Source: a virus. Taken from it: a DNA stretch of 49,858 nt. A model generated the notes under the pieces. The model was not told the DNA's origin and did no database searches. It was given only the letters and a program-made list of their open reading frames with translations. Every line of letters starts with the position of its first letter. The first letter of the stretch is position 1. The DNA lies in the UHGV virus genome UHGV-0134932. One strand, given 5' to 3'. Made by a program: the position numbers and the translations under genes. Positions 1 to 9,304 of this stretch are shown one piece after another.

Positions 1-89
1 CACATCAACCTAACCGGCGATTACGTCTGGCGGCAGAGCCGCAGACTGGAAGACGGGAAGTTTCGGCCCTTACGGATGCCCGGAAAACC

Positions 90-632
90 TTAGCGTACGA
101 TTTTTTCCGAATTCTGCGGGCTCCCCTTGTTCAACAAGGTGAATTCTTTCTTGCCTCCTACCACGCCATCTGCATGAACAGGGACCAGCCAAGGGTATTT
201 TTCTCTTACTTCAGCCGGTGCTGCATGCTGGTGGTGCCATCTGCAAAGGGGCAATTGCTTTTTGTGACAACCCGGCGCGGTACGACCGGAGATATGGTGC
301 AGAGACACCTCTTCAGATATTACTCCATGCATGTAGCAGGCAATGCAGGGGAGAGTGCCAAGAGCATTGGCGATGGTCCGTTCCTCCGCCGTCGGTGTTC
401 GCCCCTTCAAGCCACGAGATTTTATTTTTACCGCACTTTTCCGCGTTTTGCTGGCTGGTGGGCGCTCTTTCTGTTTAGCGATACGGCGGTCGATAGAATC
501 CCGCATTTTCTGATATTGCGATTCTCGCCAGGCGGGGTCAGCCAACTTTTCCCGTTGCCGAGCGATCGCTCGTTCTCTGGCTGCCTTCTGCCACTCGCGG
601 CGCTGTTCAAGTTTTTGTTCGATTGTTTTCAT
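90..632 (-). CDS. ref: Ref-like HNH endonuclease (recombination enhancement function). Track ORF runs to 710; the start is more likely the Met at MKTIEQ
   Basis: His-Me/HNH motif [13 protein letters not shown] with flanking Cys pairs; basic N-terminal region; lies next to cre as in P1; hairpin plus U-run immediately upstream of the proposed ATG. Confidence 0.75.
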
Positions 633-637
633 ATGGC

Positions 638-663
638 AAAAAAAAGGCGGCCTAATGGCCGCC
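638..663 (-). terminator. Rho-independent terminator-like hairpin with U-run just upstream of ref
   Basis: Inverted repeat ggcggcc/ggccgcc (646-663) followed on the minus strand by a run of eight T (plus-strand A at 638-645). Confidence 0.45.
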
Positions 664-717
664 AATGATGTCAAGGAGTGAAGTAATGGCAACGTCTTCG
701 TAGTTGACAAAAACTGC

Positions 718-747
718 GGCTAAATTATAGCAATCAATTAGAGCAAT
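718..747. promoter_or_regulatory. C1 operator-like site(s) upstream of ref (bipartite: aaattatagcaat + caattagagcaat)
   Basis: 14/17 match to reverse C1 operator consensus AAATTTATTAGAGCAAT at 731-747, with a second partial copy directly upstream. Confidence 0.5.
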
Positions 748-879
748 GGTAGATATTTTGTTTATCGCGAATCACATTTTTTCACTTCAGTACCTGTGTG
801 CTATACTCCTTCTTGATTGATTGGATGCGGAATACAAACCCGCTCTTTTGTGCAGCCTGGCTCCTTGCCAGGCTTTTTT

Positions 880-1191
880 TTATTTCATCATGGAAGCTGT
901 TAACGCTTTGGACCTTGCTGAACTGATTGAAAGGGCATTGTTTACCTTACCCAGGAGTTCGCCAAATTCCCCCATCACTCTAGTAAGCCCGCGCCACGCT
1001 TCCTCCTCCGTTGCATTCATCACAAAATGTTCAGCACTCCGCATGCTTTTAACGGGGAACGCAACAGATATCGAGTCGATATCAGGCATCCTATCGCTCA
1101 ACTTTACGGTGACAATGACAGATGGTGACAGAATATTAGTGCTTACAGACAGCACTACATATTTTCCGTCGATGTTGAAATCCTTTCTCAT
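880..1191 (-). CDS. Hypothetical small protein between cre and ref (possibly the P1 c8/cra-region gene; not recognised)
   Basis: 103-codon ORF on the same strand as cre and ref; an alternative overlapping plus-strand ORF (821-1312) exists, so strand assignment is uncertain. Confidence 0.25.
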   Translation of the reverse strand: MRKDFNIDGKYVVLSVSTNILSPSVIVTVKLSDRMPDIDSISVAFPVKSMRSAEHFVMNATEEEAWRGLTRVMGEFGELLGKVNNALSISSARSKALTASMMK

Positions 1192-1241
1192 ATGTCACCA
1201 TAAATATCAAAGAATTAGAGCAATCATTTACGCGTTAATGG

Positions 1242-2273
1242 CTAATCGCCATCTTCCAGCAGGCGCACCATTGCCCCTGTTTCACTATCCAGGTTACGGA
1301 TATAGTTCATGACAATATTTACATTGGTCCAGCCACCAGCTTGCATGATCTCCGGTATTGAAACTCCAGCGCGGGCCATATCTCGCGCGGCTCCGACACG
1401 GGCACTGTGTCCAGACCAGGCCAGGTATCTCTGACCAGAGTCATCCTTAGCGCCGTAAATCAATCGATGAGTTGCTTCAAAAATCCCTTCCAGGGCGCGA
1501 GTTGATAGCTGGCTGGTGGCAGATGGCGCGGCAACACCATTTTTTCTGACCCGGCAAAACAGGTAGTTATTAGGATCATCAGCTACACCAGAGACAGAAA
1601 TCCATCGCTCGACCAGTTTAGTTACCCCCAGGCTAAGTGCCTTCTCTACACCTGCGGCGCTAACCAGCGTTTTCGTTCTGCCAATATGGATTAACATTCT
1701 CCCACCGTCAGTACGTGAGATATCTTTAACCCTGATCCTGGCAATTTCTGCTATACGTAGCAGGGTATTATAAGCAATCCCAAGAAATGCCAGATTACGT
1801 ATATCCTGGCAGCGATCGCTATTTTCCATGAGTGAACGAACCTGGTCGAAATCAGTGCGTTCGAACGCCAATGCCTGTTTTGCACGCTCACCGGCATCAA
1901 CGTTTTCTTTTCGGATCCGTCGCATGACCAGTGAAACAGCATTGCTGTCACTTGGTCGTGGCAGCCCGGACCGACGATGAAGCATATTTAGCTGGCCCAA
2001 ATGTTGCTGGATAGTTTTTACTGCCAGACCGCGCGCCTGAAGATATAGAAGATAATCGCGAACATCTTCAGGTTCTGCGGGAAACCATTTCCGGTTATTC
2101 AACTTGCACCATGCCGCCCACGACCGGCAAACGGACAGAAGCATTTTCCAGGTATGCTCAGAAAACGCCTGGCGATCCCTGAACATGTCCATCAGGTTCT
2201 TGCGAACCTCATCACTCGTTGCATCGACCGGTAATGCAGGCAAATTTTGGTGTACGGTCAGTAAATTGGACAT
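1242..2273 (-). CDS. cre: Cre site-specific tyrosine recombinase
   Basis: 343-aa protein beginning MSNLLTVHQNLPALPVDATSDEVRKNLMDMFRDRQAFSEH and ending with the catalytic region (RVGAARDMARAGVSIPEIMQAGGWTNVNIVMNYIRNLDSE); loxP lies about 420 bp upstream. Confidence 0.97.
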   Translation of the reverse strand: MSNLLTVHQNLPALPVDATSDEVRKNLMDMFRDRQAFSEHTWKMLLSVCRSWAAWCKLNNRKWFPAEPEDVRDYLLYLQARGLAVKTIQQHLGQLNMLHRRSGLPRPSDSNAVSLVMRRIRKENVDAGERAKQALAFERTDFDQVRSLMENSDRCQDIRNLAFLGIAYNTLLRIAEIARIRVKDISRTDGGRMLIHIGRTKTLVSAAGVEKALSLGVTKLVERWISVSGVADDPNNYLFCRVRKNGVAAPSATSQLSTRALEGIFEATHRLIYGAKDDSGQRYLAWSGHSARVGAARDMARAGVSIPEIMQAGGWTNVNIVMNYIRNLDSETGAMVRLLEDGD

Positions 2274-2280
2274 TTAACAC

Positions 2281-2502
2281 TCAGATAATGGTTTTAAGTA
2301 AAGTGTACAGGATCGGCTCTGCCTTTACCTGTTTATGGTTCTCGTCATAGAAACGCCAGCGACCGCGCGTGCGTTCTATTTTCTCTTCACCGCGCGATAA
2401 TGACAGTTGACAACTATCACGATCAAACCCTTTTGCCCGCCAGTAACCACGGTTTTTCTCAAGCTCAAGATGAGTGGACACTTTAGCAGCTGAATATCCC
2501 AT
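2281..2502 (-). CDS. Small ORF in the cre promoter region (uncertain whether translated)
   Basis: 73-codon ORF ending 8 bp upstream of the cre start; no recognisable domain; region also holds GATC-rich cre promoter sequence. Confidence 0.2.
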   Translation of the reverse strand: MGYSAAKVSTHLELEKNRGYWRAKGFDRDSCQLSLSRGEEKIERTRGRWRFYDENHKQVKAEPILYTLLKTII

Positions 2503-2691
2503 TTTTCACCTCTGATTGATTGGTGGTGCTAAGTGCGCTACGCGAAATCTGGAGCACAAACACTGCCAACATTTCACAGATTTTACGTAGCGCAACCTTG
2601 ATCAAATGATCAAGTGATCACTATTTGACCTGATAAGGTATTGAACTGTATGGATTTACAGGTAAATTGATCATGTTCAATAACCCTTAAG

Positions 2692-2725
2692 ATAACTTCG
2701 TATAATGTATGCTATACGAAGTTAT
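2692..2725. other. loxP: loxP recombination site (two 13-bp inverted repeats around an 8-bp spacer)
   Basis: Exact ATAACTTCGTATA-ATGTATGC-TATACGAAGTTAT. Confidence 0.97.
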
Positions 2726-2768
2726 TAGGTCCGAAGAGGAGTTTACGTCCAGCTGCGCATAAAAATCA

Positions 2769-2785
2769 AGAATTATTAGAGCAAT
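2769..2785. promoter_or_regulatory. C1 operator (immC cluster)
   Basis: 15/17 match to AAATTTATTAGAGCAAT. Confidence 0.7.
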
Positions 2786-2851
2786 AAATTTTGAGAGAAA
2801 AATCCCACTCCACCAGACAAAAACTGGATTGTTTTTCATAGTTGTTTGACA

Positions 2852-2868
2852 ATTGCTCTAATAAATTA
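2852..2868. promoter_or_regulatory. C1 operator (immC cluster)
   Basis: ATTGCTCTAATAAATTA, 16/17 match to consensus. Confidence 0.8.
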
Positions 2869-3106
2869 TAGTTTTGCCGCCGTTTCGTAATACGACTTTG
2901 GATTCACTATTTAATGTGTCTTCAGCGTTGTAGAGCGGCTCAGAAGGAAATGAGCAAACAGGGAAACCTTATACAACGGCATTACAGCTATGCATTGCTC
3001 ATCTTACACACAGCGCAATGTTGTTAGATTACCCCAGCATGGATCATGGGTGAAACAGTAGGTCAGAGCTTCAGGCTCTGTGTTGTCAATACAGTGAGGC
3101 ATAATT

Positions 3107-3316
3107 ATGGCTTTCATTCAACCAACCATCGACGACGTTAGACATTGCTCTAACGCTTTATCTGTAGACCCTGCCGAAACCGACGCTGCCCGCGCCATTG
3201 CTGAACACTACTCAAAGATATCCAATCAGGAGTACCGCATCACCCAAGACGACCTGGATGACCTCACTGACACAATCGAATATCTCATGGCAACTAACCA
3301 GTTAGACTCACAATAA
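3107..3316 (+). CDS. coi: Coi, C1 repressor inactivator
   Basis: 69-aa ORF immediately upstream of c1 on the same strand, the size and position expected for P1 coi. Confidence 0.8.
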   Translation: MAFIQPTIDDVRHCSNALSVDPAETDAARAIAEHYSKISNQEYRITQDDLDDLTDTIEYLMATNQLDSQ

Positions 3317-3332
3317 ATGCACTAATAAATCT
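3316..3332. promoter_or_regulatory. C1 operator-like site between coi and c1, next to a TATAAT -10 element
   Basis: aatgcactaataaatct, 14/17 match; TATAAT at about 3352. Confidence 0.5.
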
Positions 3333-3426
3333 ATTATTTTTGTTTGATCCCTCTATAATATAGGTCAGTAATGACCGGTTTTCTCAGCCGGGCGTTATTG
3401 ACCATGTCAATTCTGGAGGAGGATCA

Positions 3427-4278
3427 ATGATAAATTATGTCTACGGCGAACAACTGTACCAGGAGTTCGTCAGCTTCAGGGATCTCTTTCTAAAAAAAGC
3501 TGTTGCACGCGCCCAACACGTTGATACAGCCAGCGACGGTCGTCCTGTACGCCCGGTTGTCGTTCTACCGTTCAAAGAAACTGACAGCATTCAGGCTGAA
3601 ATTGATAAATGGACTTTAATGGCGCGGGAACTGGAACAGTACCCAGACCTCAATATCCCAAAGACTATTTTATATCCAGTGCCTAACATCCTTCGCGGTG
3701 TGCGCAAGGTTACAACTTATCAGACAGAAGCTGTGAACAGCGTCAACATGACCGCTGGCCGCATTATTCATCTGATTGATAAGGACATTCGCATCCAAAA
3801 AAGCGCGGGGATCAATGAGCACAGTGCGAAATACATAGAGAACCTGGAAGCAACAAAAGAGCTAATGAGGCAGTACCCGGAGGATGAAAAATTCCGTATG
3901 CGCGTACACGGCTTTAGCGAAACAATGCTGCGCGTCCACTACATTTCCAGTAGCCCTAACTACAATGATGGTAAATCAGTTAGTTACCATGTGCCACTGT
4001 GTGGCGTGTTTATCTGCGATGAAACTCTCCGTGATGGAATTATCATCAACGGTGAATTCGAAAAAGCAAAATTTAGCCTTTATGACTCCATAGAACCGAT
4101 CATCTGCGACCGCTGGCCACAAGCAAAAATATATCGCCTGGCAGATATTGAAAATGTAAAAAAACAAATTGCCATCACTCGCGAAGAGAAAAAGGTTAAG
4201 TCAGCCGCATCAGTTACGCGCAGCCGTAAAACCAAGAAGGGGCAGCCAGTAAACGACAACCCCGAAAGCGCACAATAA
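3427..4278 (+). CDS. c1: C1 repressor of lysogeny
   Basis: 283-aa protein (MINYVYGEQLYQEFVSFRDLFLKKAVARAQ...) matching the size and sequence I recall for P1 C1; preceded by coi and operator sites. Confidence 0.92.
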   Translation: MINYVYGEQLYQEFVSFRDLFLKKAVARAQHVDTASDGRPVRPVVVLPFKETDSIQAEIDKWTLMARELEQYPDLNIPKTILYPVPNILRGVRKVTTYQTEAVNSVNMTAGRIIHLIDKDIRIQKSAGINEHSAKYIENLEATKELMRQYPEDEKFRMRVHGFSETMLRVHYISSSPNYNDGKSVSYHVPLCGVFICDETLRDGIIINGEFEKAKFSLYDSIEPIICDRWPQAKIYRLADIENVKKQIAITREEKKVKSAASVTRSRKTKKGQPVNDNPESAQ

Positions 4279-4281
4279 ATT

Positions 4282-4303
4282 ATGCCCGGCATCAACCGGG
4301 CAT
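4282..4303. terminator. Hairpin between convergent c1 and ant (putative bidirectional terminator)
   Basis: Inverted repeat atgcccgg...ccgggcat in the 32-bp gap between the two stop codons. Confidence 0.45.
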
Positions 4304-4310
4304 TCTTCCA

Positions 4311-5423
4311 TTATTCAGCCGCCACCGGTTTTAACAAGCCAGCATCGAGCAGTTTACGCGTCAACCACTGCTGGCCTTTCCCCGTTAATTGAGGCGTCAA
4401 CCGTATCTGGTAGCCATCTTCATCATCCAGCACCACTTCTTTCACCGTGAAATACCCCGCGTTGATGTACTGCTGGAACGGCACATTTTTACGGCCACCG
4501 GACGCTATCAGGATGCCGTTCTCCCGCAACCAGGCAAACAGCGCGTTTTGCTTAAGTCCAACAACCTTTGCAAAATTCCCAATCAGGATCCCTTTAGCTA
4601 CTGATACCCGGTCGGCAAAATCGACTTTAGGAGCGGCGGCCACCAGCTGCTGATTTAGCTGGTGGGCTTTCTGTTCCAGAAGCTGCTTTTGTTCAGCCAG
4701 TTCGGCAGCCAGGCGTAGGGCTTCTGGTAATGTTTGGGGGATTGCAACCGGTTGCTGTTCTTTTTGCCGGAAGTAGCTGTCTTCCAGTTTTTCAAAGAAT
4801 GCCCATGCTTCATTTGTGTCCACGATCTTAGACATGCGTGCAGCGCCGCGCTCTGTCCAGAGTGTAAGGCTTCTGGCGTTCTTACCAACAGAGTAACTTC
4901 CGGTTACTCTGTTCTTAAATTCTCTTAATTTTAAACCAGTTAGAAGAAAGTAATGCTTACCTTCTTCAAAGCGGTCAAGGTTGCGAGACAAATTGTTGCG
5001 AATATTGGCTTCATCGACCCCATACCCTCTAGCAAGAGTTTCGGTTGTCACGACACGTACTCCCTGCCACTCCAGAACGGGAATTTCATCAGGCTGATTT
5101 TGAGCAACCACCAGCTCCGATTCCTGAACTGAAGGTGCATGAATTTTTTCTGATTTAACGTTAGTTGCTTTCATTCTGTGAGCCTCCTTGCGTGCTTCGG
5201 CTGCGACGGTTGCGTAATTCAGATGACCCTGTTCGAGCAGGTATTCGCGGATATCAGACAACAGAATGCGGTGAACCGCGTTCTTGTCCTTTCTCCGGTA
5301 AAGTTGTTTGGTGATCATGAAGTAGTTGGCAATAACGCCTGGTATATCTCTGGTGCTGATACAGGCAGTGTGCTGTTCAATTGCCTCAATCATTTCTTCA
5401 CGGGTGACTAATGACGTTCTCAT
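4311..5423 (-). CDS. ant: Phage antirepressor with N-terminal Bro-N/ORF6N-like and C-terminal KilAC/Ant-like regions; an in-frame internal Met would give a shorter Ant2-like product
   Basis: 370 aa; size fits P1 Ant1 (about 42 kDa) and the internal Met near residue 84 fits an Ant2-sized product; start overlaps the stop of a 73-codon icd-like ORF. Confidence 0.7.
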   Translation of the reverse strand: MRTSLVTREEMIEAIEQHTACISTRDIPGVIANYFMITKQLYRRKDKNAVHRILLSDIREYLLEQGHLNYATVAAEARKEAHRMKATNVKSEKIHAPSVQESELVVAQNQPDEIPVLEWQGVRVVTTETLARGYGVDEANIRNNLSRNLDRFEEGKHYFLLTGLKLREFKNRVTGSYSVGKNARSLTLWTERGAARMSKIVDTNEAWAFFEKLEDSYFRQKEQQPVAIPQTLPEALRLAAELAEQKQLLEQKAHQLNQQLVAAAPKVDFADRVSVAKGILIGNFAKVVGLKQNALFAWLRENGILIASGGRKNVPFQQYINAGYFTVKEVVLDDEDGYQIRLTPQLTGKGQQWLTRKLLDAGLLKPVAAE

Positions 5424-5641
5424 ACTCCCTCCTGAGCAGAAGCGTTAACAGGGAGGCACCAGTAACTGAGAGAATTGCGCGAATCAGTAGAAAAACGGGC
5501 GGAGAAAATGCAGGGTGCATCAGGAAGCTGAGAGCGAGCCTCATCTTCTGTCGGTGCAATAACGAAGTGATAGTGACGTTTCTGGCAGGAATAAAAGCGC
5601 CAGATAAATTCAGGGTGAGTTGGGGTAGGGATAGTAGCCAT
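5420..5641 (-). CDS. icd: Icd-like small protein (73 aa) translationally coupled to ant
   Basis: 73 codons; stop overlaps the ant ATG; AAGGAGG RBS; architecture of the P1 immI icd-ant pair. Confidence 0.55.
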   Translation of the reverse strand: MATIPTPTHPEFIWRFYSCQKRHYHFVIAPTEDEARSQLPDAPCIFSARFSTDSRNSLSYWCLPVNASAQEGV

Positions 5642-5825
5642 AATGGCAGCCTCCTTTTGCTAACTTAAGGAGCTACCGCGTGAGGTTCCAATCTCAATGG
5701 CGGTAGCACTGACTGGGTTGGAACTACCGGCGCAAAAGGGAACCGGCCTGCCTTTCGGCAGCCCAGCCAGCACTACCATTGATCTCGGAGCTATGTGCTA
5801 CGTATGGCTGTGCGATGGCATGACA

Positions 5826-5975
5826 CAAAAAAAGACGCTTTTGGCGTCTGTGTCGCCTTTTGCATTATCCGGGGTTCCAATCCCGGCACCCGTTTTAATG
5901 AGGTGCCTGATAAGCATAAACCGAAAATGCCTCAAGGCGCAAGAGGTCAGGCTCAATGTAACATCGGCAGTTAAA
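5826..5975 (-). ncRNA. Candidate c4-like antisense regulatory RNA and leader between the Op51-like operator and icd
   Basis: Non-coding stretch downstream of a C1 operator on the minus strand; hairpin plus U7 terminator at 5826-5848; 10-nt motif GAUUGGAACC present both in this segment and just upstream of the icd RBS, with a near-complementary AGUUCCAACC in the leader. Confidence 0.3.
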
Positions 5976-5979
5976 AAAC

Positions 5980-5996
5980 ACAATTTATTAGAGCAA
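5980..5996. promoter_or_regulatory. C1 operator (Op51-like) controlling the c4/icd/ant unit
   Basis: cAATTTATTAGAGCAAa, 15/17 match. Confidence 0.75.
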
Positions 5997-6000
5997 ATAT

Positions 6001-7485
6001 TCATTCATTAAGCCATGCCAGAGCTTCATCAACCTGCGCTTCGTCTTCGACGCTAAGCACTTCATCCTGGGGAACATAGTTCGCCAACATAGCGAAACAA
6101 TATGTATCCCAATGGTCCGGTGAGTGCAGGTTGAGTTTTTTCTTCATATCTTCCTTTGACATCACTTTCCATTGACCTGCGGAATTTATCCCTACCGGTA
6201 TCTTTGATGCTTCCTCTATAGTCGCAGCCCCCTTATCAAGCCGCATACGCCCTGATTTTACAGCTTCTGCCGCCTGAATATTCGCGAAAGCGCGCATATC
6301 GAAATAAAGGCTTTTATCTTCACGGCTGTGCATCTTTTTACCCCAGCGGATACGCTGGACGGTAATACCATAGCGTTCGTACATCAGATCAGCCGTCGAT
6401 TTCCCCAAGCCATCGCCATCAATAGCTATGGTTATGTTCGGGAACCGTTCTGGGTTACATTCTGCGAAAATCTTGGCGGCTAACTGCGTTTCTGTAACGT
6501 CTGTGTATTCCAGCATACGATAGTTGATTACACGGCGTTTATTTCGCTGGCCGGACACCATCATGATATTAATAACGGACTTATCTCGTCCTGTGCCACC
6601 AGCAACATCAACACATGCAACCCAGCCCCATCCTTTGGCAATCTTGACCTTTCGCCGCGTTGCACGTTCAACCTCATCACGTCCAAGAAGGAAGCCATCC
6701 TGTGATTTAGGGAATAGGCCGCGTACCTTAATCATGTACATAGGGTTATCACGCCCGCCGTACTCCGCCAGCTTCATTTTGATAAATGCTGGCGTTACCA
6801 GCGGTGATTCCTCACTGTTAAGCGTGATCGCCGTATAAACGCCATCAGGGTTACCAGGACGCTTGGCCAGTTTATGGTGTGTATCGTAGAAATAGCCGCT
6901 TGGGCGTGTAGGCTGTGACAGTAATAAGATGCGGTTATCCTGTCCGGTAAGAGCACCGGTGATGATACCGAAAGCTCTATCACTGACACCGGAGGCTTCA
7001 TCGATAATATACAGAAGATGATCTGCGTGTTCACCGGCGAGAGCTTCTTCACTTCCCAGACGAAAGCCCTTCGGTACTACAGTCCATACACCTTTACCAG
7101 TAACCTCATAGAAAGCGGTTTCTGTCAGAACAAAATAATCAGCAAGCCATGGGAAACGGCTGGTGGCAGTAGCCCAGTTTATCTTGATGTACTTGAATAT
7201 ACCGGTCATTACCTGCTGAATTTTGTTCGCAACGATAATGGCGCGGGCACCGGGATACATGATTATGAACAACATGATCATGATAGAAGTCATGTCTGAT
7301 TTCCCGGTACCGTGACCAGACGAAACAGATGTCTTGCTACCCTGTTCCTGAACAGACTCAATAATCAGATCCTGCTGCCAGGTAGGTGTTTTGCCGAACA
7401 AAACATCAGCGGCCGCAATCCAGTCATAACGATATAGCGCCACCAGCTCGCGCCAACGTGGATCCGTTACGCAACTTCTGGCCAT
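6001..7485 (-). CDS. pacB: PacB, large terminase/pacase subunit
   Basis: 494-aa protein directly downstream of pacA; Walker A-like GHGTGKSD and an acidic DE-containing stretch typical of terminase ATPase/nuclease domains. Confidence 0.88.
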   Translation of the reverse strand: MARSCVTDPRWRELVALYRYDWIAAADVLFGKTPTWQQDLIIESVQEQGSKTSVSSGHGTGKSDMTSIMIMLFIIMYPGARAIIVANKIQQVMTGIFKYIKINWATATSRFPWLADYFVLTETAFYEVTGKGVWTVVPKGFRLGSEEALAGEHADHLLYIIDEASGVSDRAFGIITGALTGQDNRILLLSQPTRPSGYFYDTHHKLAKRPGNPDGVYTAITLNSEESPLVTPAFIKMKLAEYGGRDNPMYMIKVRGLFPKSQDGFLLGRDEVERATRRKVKIAKGWGWVACVDVAGGTGRDKSVINIMMVSGQRNKRRVINYRMLEYTDVTETQLAAKIFAECNPERFPNITIAIDGDGLGKSTADLMYERYGITVQRIRWGKKMHSREDKSLYFDMRAFANIQAAEAVKSGRMRLDKGAATIEEASKIPVGINSAGQWKVMSKEDMKKKLNLHSPDHWDTYCFAMLANYVPQDEVLSVEDEAQVDEALAWLNE

Positions 7486-8678
7486 TAATCATCATCCCCG
7501 TACAGTTTGCGGGTAACTTCTTCATCTTCCTCCTCGTCTTCGTCCAGCTCCTGTTCAAGCCATGCTTCGTTTGATATGCCTTCCGCATCGACATCACCAT
7601 AACCACCTGTATCGACGATATCGGCAATTTCTTCTCTACGATGCTCAATCCACAATGCGGCATCAGCGCGGCGGCTGGCGGCCCGTTCTCGCGCAACTTT
7701 GTCCAGATCTTCAAGAGAAGGGCCACCGACGGCAGTTTGCCTTTCCTCATCATCGGCATTTGTCTTAGGAGCACGCAGATCGGCTTTGATTTGCTCCAGC
7801 ATCAGGGGCGGCACTTTCCCTCCATGCGCCTCGATGAATTCAGCCGCTTCCAGCACTGACCAGTTATTTTCACGCTTTCGTTCGTATGCCAGCTTAACAA
7901 TGCCAGCTTGCCCCATAGACAAAGCGTGCTTTTCCGCCTCCCGGCTTTCTTTTCGATAGTTATTCCGGATGCTGTAAATGGTGTTGATCAGGCTGCTTAT
8001 CTGCGCGGAACAGCTGTTTAGCATGCTCGCGATACGGTATTCAGGCGGAGTACCTTCATCATCGTCTTTTTGCTGATCGCGCATTTCCTGCACCAGGCGA
8101 ATACACGTATCCCGGGCGTTCTCCAGCATAAGGAGATGAGAAAGAGACTTTTCCAGAAGAGTGGTTTCCAGAACATCAGCTCCGGAACGACGCAACATAG
8201 CGCGCGCGGCCTTCCGCGCTTCAACGTTATCTATCAGGTAATCGCCAGCTTCGAATTCAAAGCGTTCACCATCATCATCCAGGGTGTCGCGTTCCAGGCG
8301 ATCACGTAAGGTCCGGTGGGCACGGGTGATCACGTCATGATCATCTGAACGATCATTTATGCGCTTATTTTGGCGCTTAGCGTTCTCGACTGCGGCACTG
8401 ACAACAGCATTAACTCTTTGTTTTTCCGCTATTTCAGCCGCAATGTGATCACCTGCATGTTGATCATTAGAGTGATCAATGATCATGCTTTTTAGTGGCT
8501 TCCTGACTGGCTTATTTGGCTTGCGGCTGTCCGCTGTCCTGGTGTCTTCTTTGAAGGCACGGAGATAACGACGTGCAGTATTAGGGTTAAGATTAAACTC
8601 GGCGGCATACTGTGCGATGGTGTAACCACCATCTCGCGCCAGGCGAGCAAAATTCTTCTTGTGATCGTCCCAGGTCAC
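7485..8678 (-). CDS. pacA: PacA, small pacase subunit; contains the pac site
   Basis: 397-aa protein with N-terminal DNA-binding-like region and an acidic C-terminus; the pac hexamer cluster lies inside its coding sequence. Confidence 0.88.
   Translation of the reverse strand: MTWDDHKKNFARLARDGGYTIAQYAAEFNLNPNTARRYLRAFKEDTRTADSRKPNKPVRKPLKSMIIDHSNDQHAGDHIAAEIAEKQRVNAVVSAAVENAKRQNKRINDRSDDHDVITRAHRTLRDRLERDTLDDDGERFEFEAGDYLIDNVEARKAARAMLRRSGADVLETTLLEKSLSHLLMLENARDTCIRLVQEMRDQQKDDDEGTPPEYRIASMLNSCSAQISSLINTIYSIRNNYRKESREAEKHALSMGQAGIVKLAYERKRENNWSVLEAAEFIEAHGGKVPPLMLEQIKADLRAPKTNADDEERQTAVGGPSLEDLDKVARERAASRRADAALWIEHRREEIADIVDTGGYGDVDAEGISNEAWLEQELDEDEEEDEEVTRKLYGDDD
8327..8485. other. pac: pac packaging site: two clusters of TGATCA/G hexamers (Dam GATC sites) flanking the cleavage region
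   Basis: Hexamers at 8327, 8338, 8351 (left) and 8446, 8461, 8473, 8480 (right), all containing GATC. Confidence 0.85.
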
Positions 8679-8763
8679 TTATGCTTCCTTTCGTAAAAAC
8701 TCTTTTTGACGCGAGGGTAACGAAAGTCACATGTCAAAAGGCCCGGAACGGGCAAGCAATCAA

Positions 8764-9216
8764 TCAGATACGTGCGGATGTGGCATTACCGTAATGACGG
8801 TGCTGACGGGCCACCTTATTGAAAAGTTGACGCGCCATTACCCAAGGCTGGTGCTCCCGGCGTTCCTTTTCGTCCTGCGTCATATAGAGTTCGTTCTGGA
8901 GTTTTTCATCAAACCGGCGCGGAGCGCGGCTACGGCGAAAGAATTCAGGATTCAGAGAGTGGATCTGAAATCTACGTGGGCGTGTACTGTCATCAATCAA
9001 AACAGACGAATACTTAGACACAGCGATAGCCTTTAAGCGCAGATAAACATCGCGCTTATCGACATCCAGATGCGGGTATTCCTTTTCAAGAATTGCTGCG
9101 AGTTCTTTCGCTGATAGAAGAGATTTAGTGCGGATCATGTAATCCGCAATCTCGTACGATGTTATTCGTGAGTGATTTATTTCCATGAAGTGGCGTCCCT
9201 GCCAGTTAAGTAACAT
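8764..9216 (-). CDS. lpa: Lpa-like late promoter activator (true start may be the internal Met at MEINHSR)
   Basis: About 150-aa basic protein immediately upstream of pacA with a C1 operator upstream, as for P1 lpa. Confidence 0.55.
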   Translation of the reverse strand: MLLNWQGRHFMEINHSRITSYEIADYMIRTKSLLSAKELAAILEKEYPHLDVDKRDVYLRLKAIAVSKYSSVLIDDSTRPRRFQIHSLNPEFFRRSRAPRRFDEKLQNELYMTQDEKERREHQPWVMARQLFNKVARQHRHYGNATSARI

Positions 9217-9280
9217 CCTGTCACCTACTGATTAGCCCATGTCAACTAATCAACGTGGAATATAATACCCTCGATTAAAG

Positions 9281-9303
9281 AAATAGCAATACATTAGAGC
9301 AAT
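9281..9303. promoter_or_regulatory. C1 operator-like bipartite site upstream of lpa
   Basis: aaatagcaat + acattagagcaat; 14/17 match for the main 17-mer. Confidence 0.55.
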
Positions 9304-9304
9304 T

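Noticed and set aside
174-668. Plus-strand ORFs (164 and 86 codons) inside ref
   Set aside because: Antisense to a well-supported HNH gene; no RBS or domain support.
821-1312. 163-codon plus-strand ORF between ref and cre
   Set aside because: Overlaps the 3' end of cre by about 70 bp and the alternative minus-strand ORF; not resolvable without comparison, so not called as a gene (kept as uncertainty on feature 880-1191).
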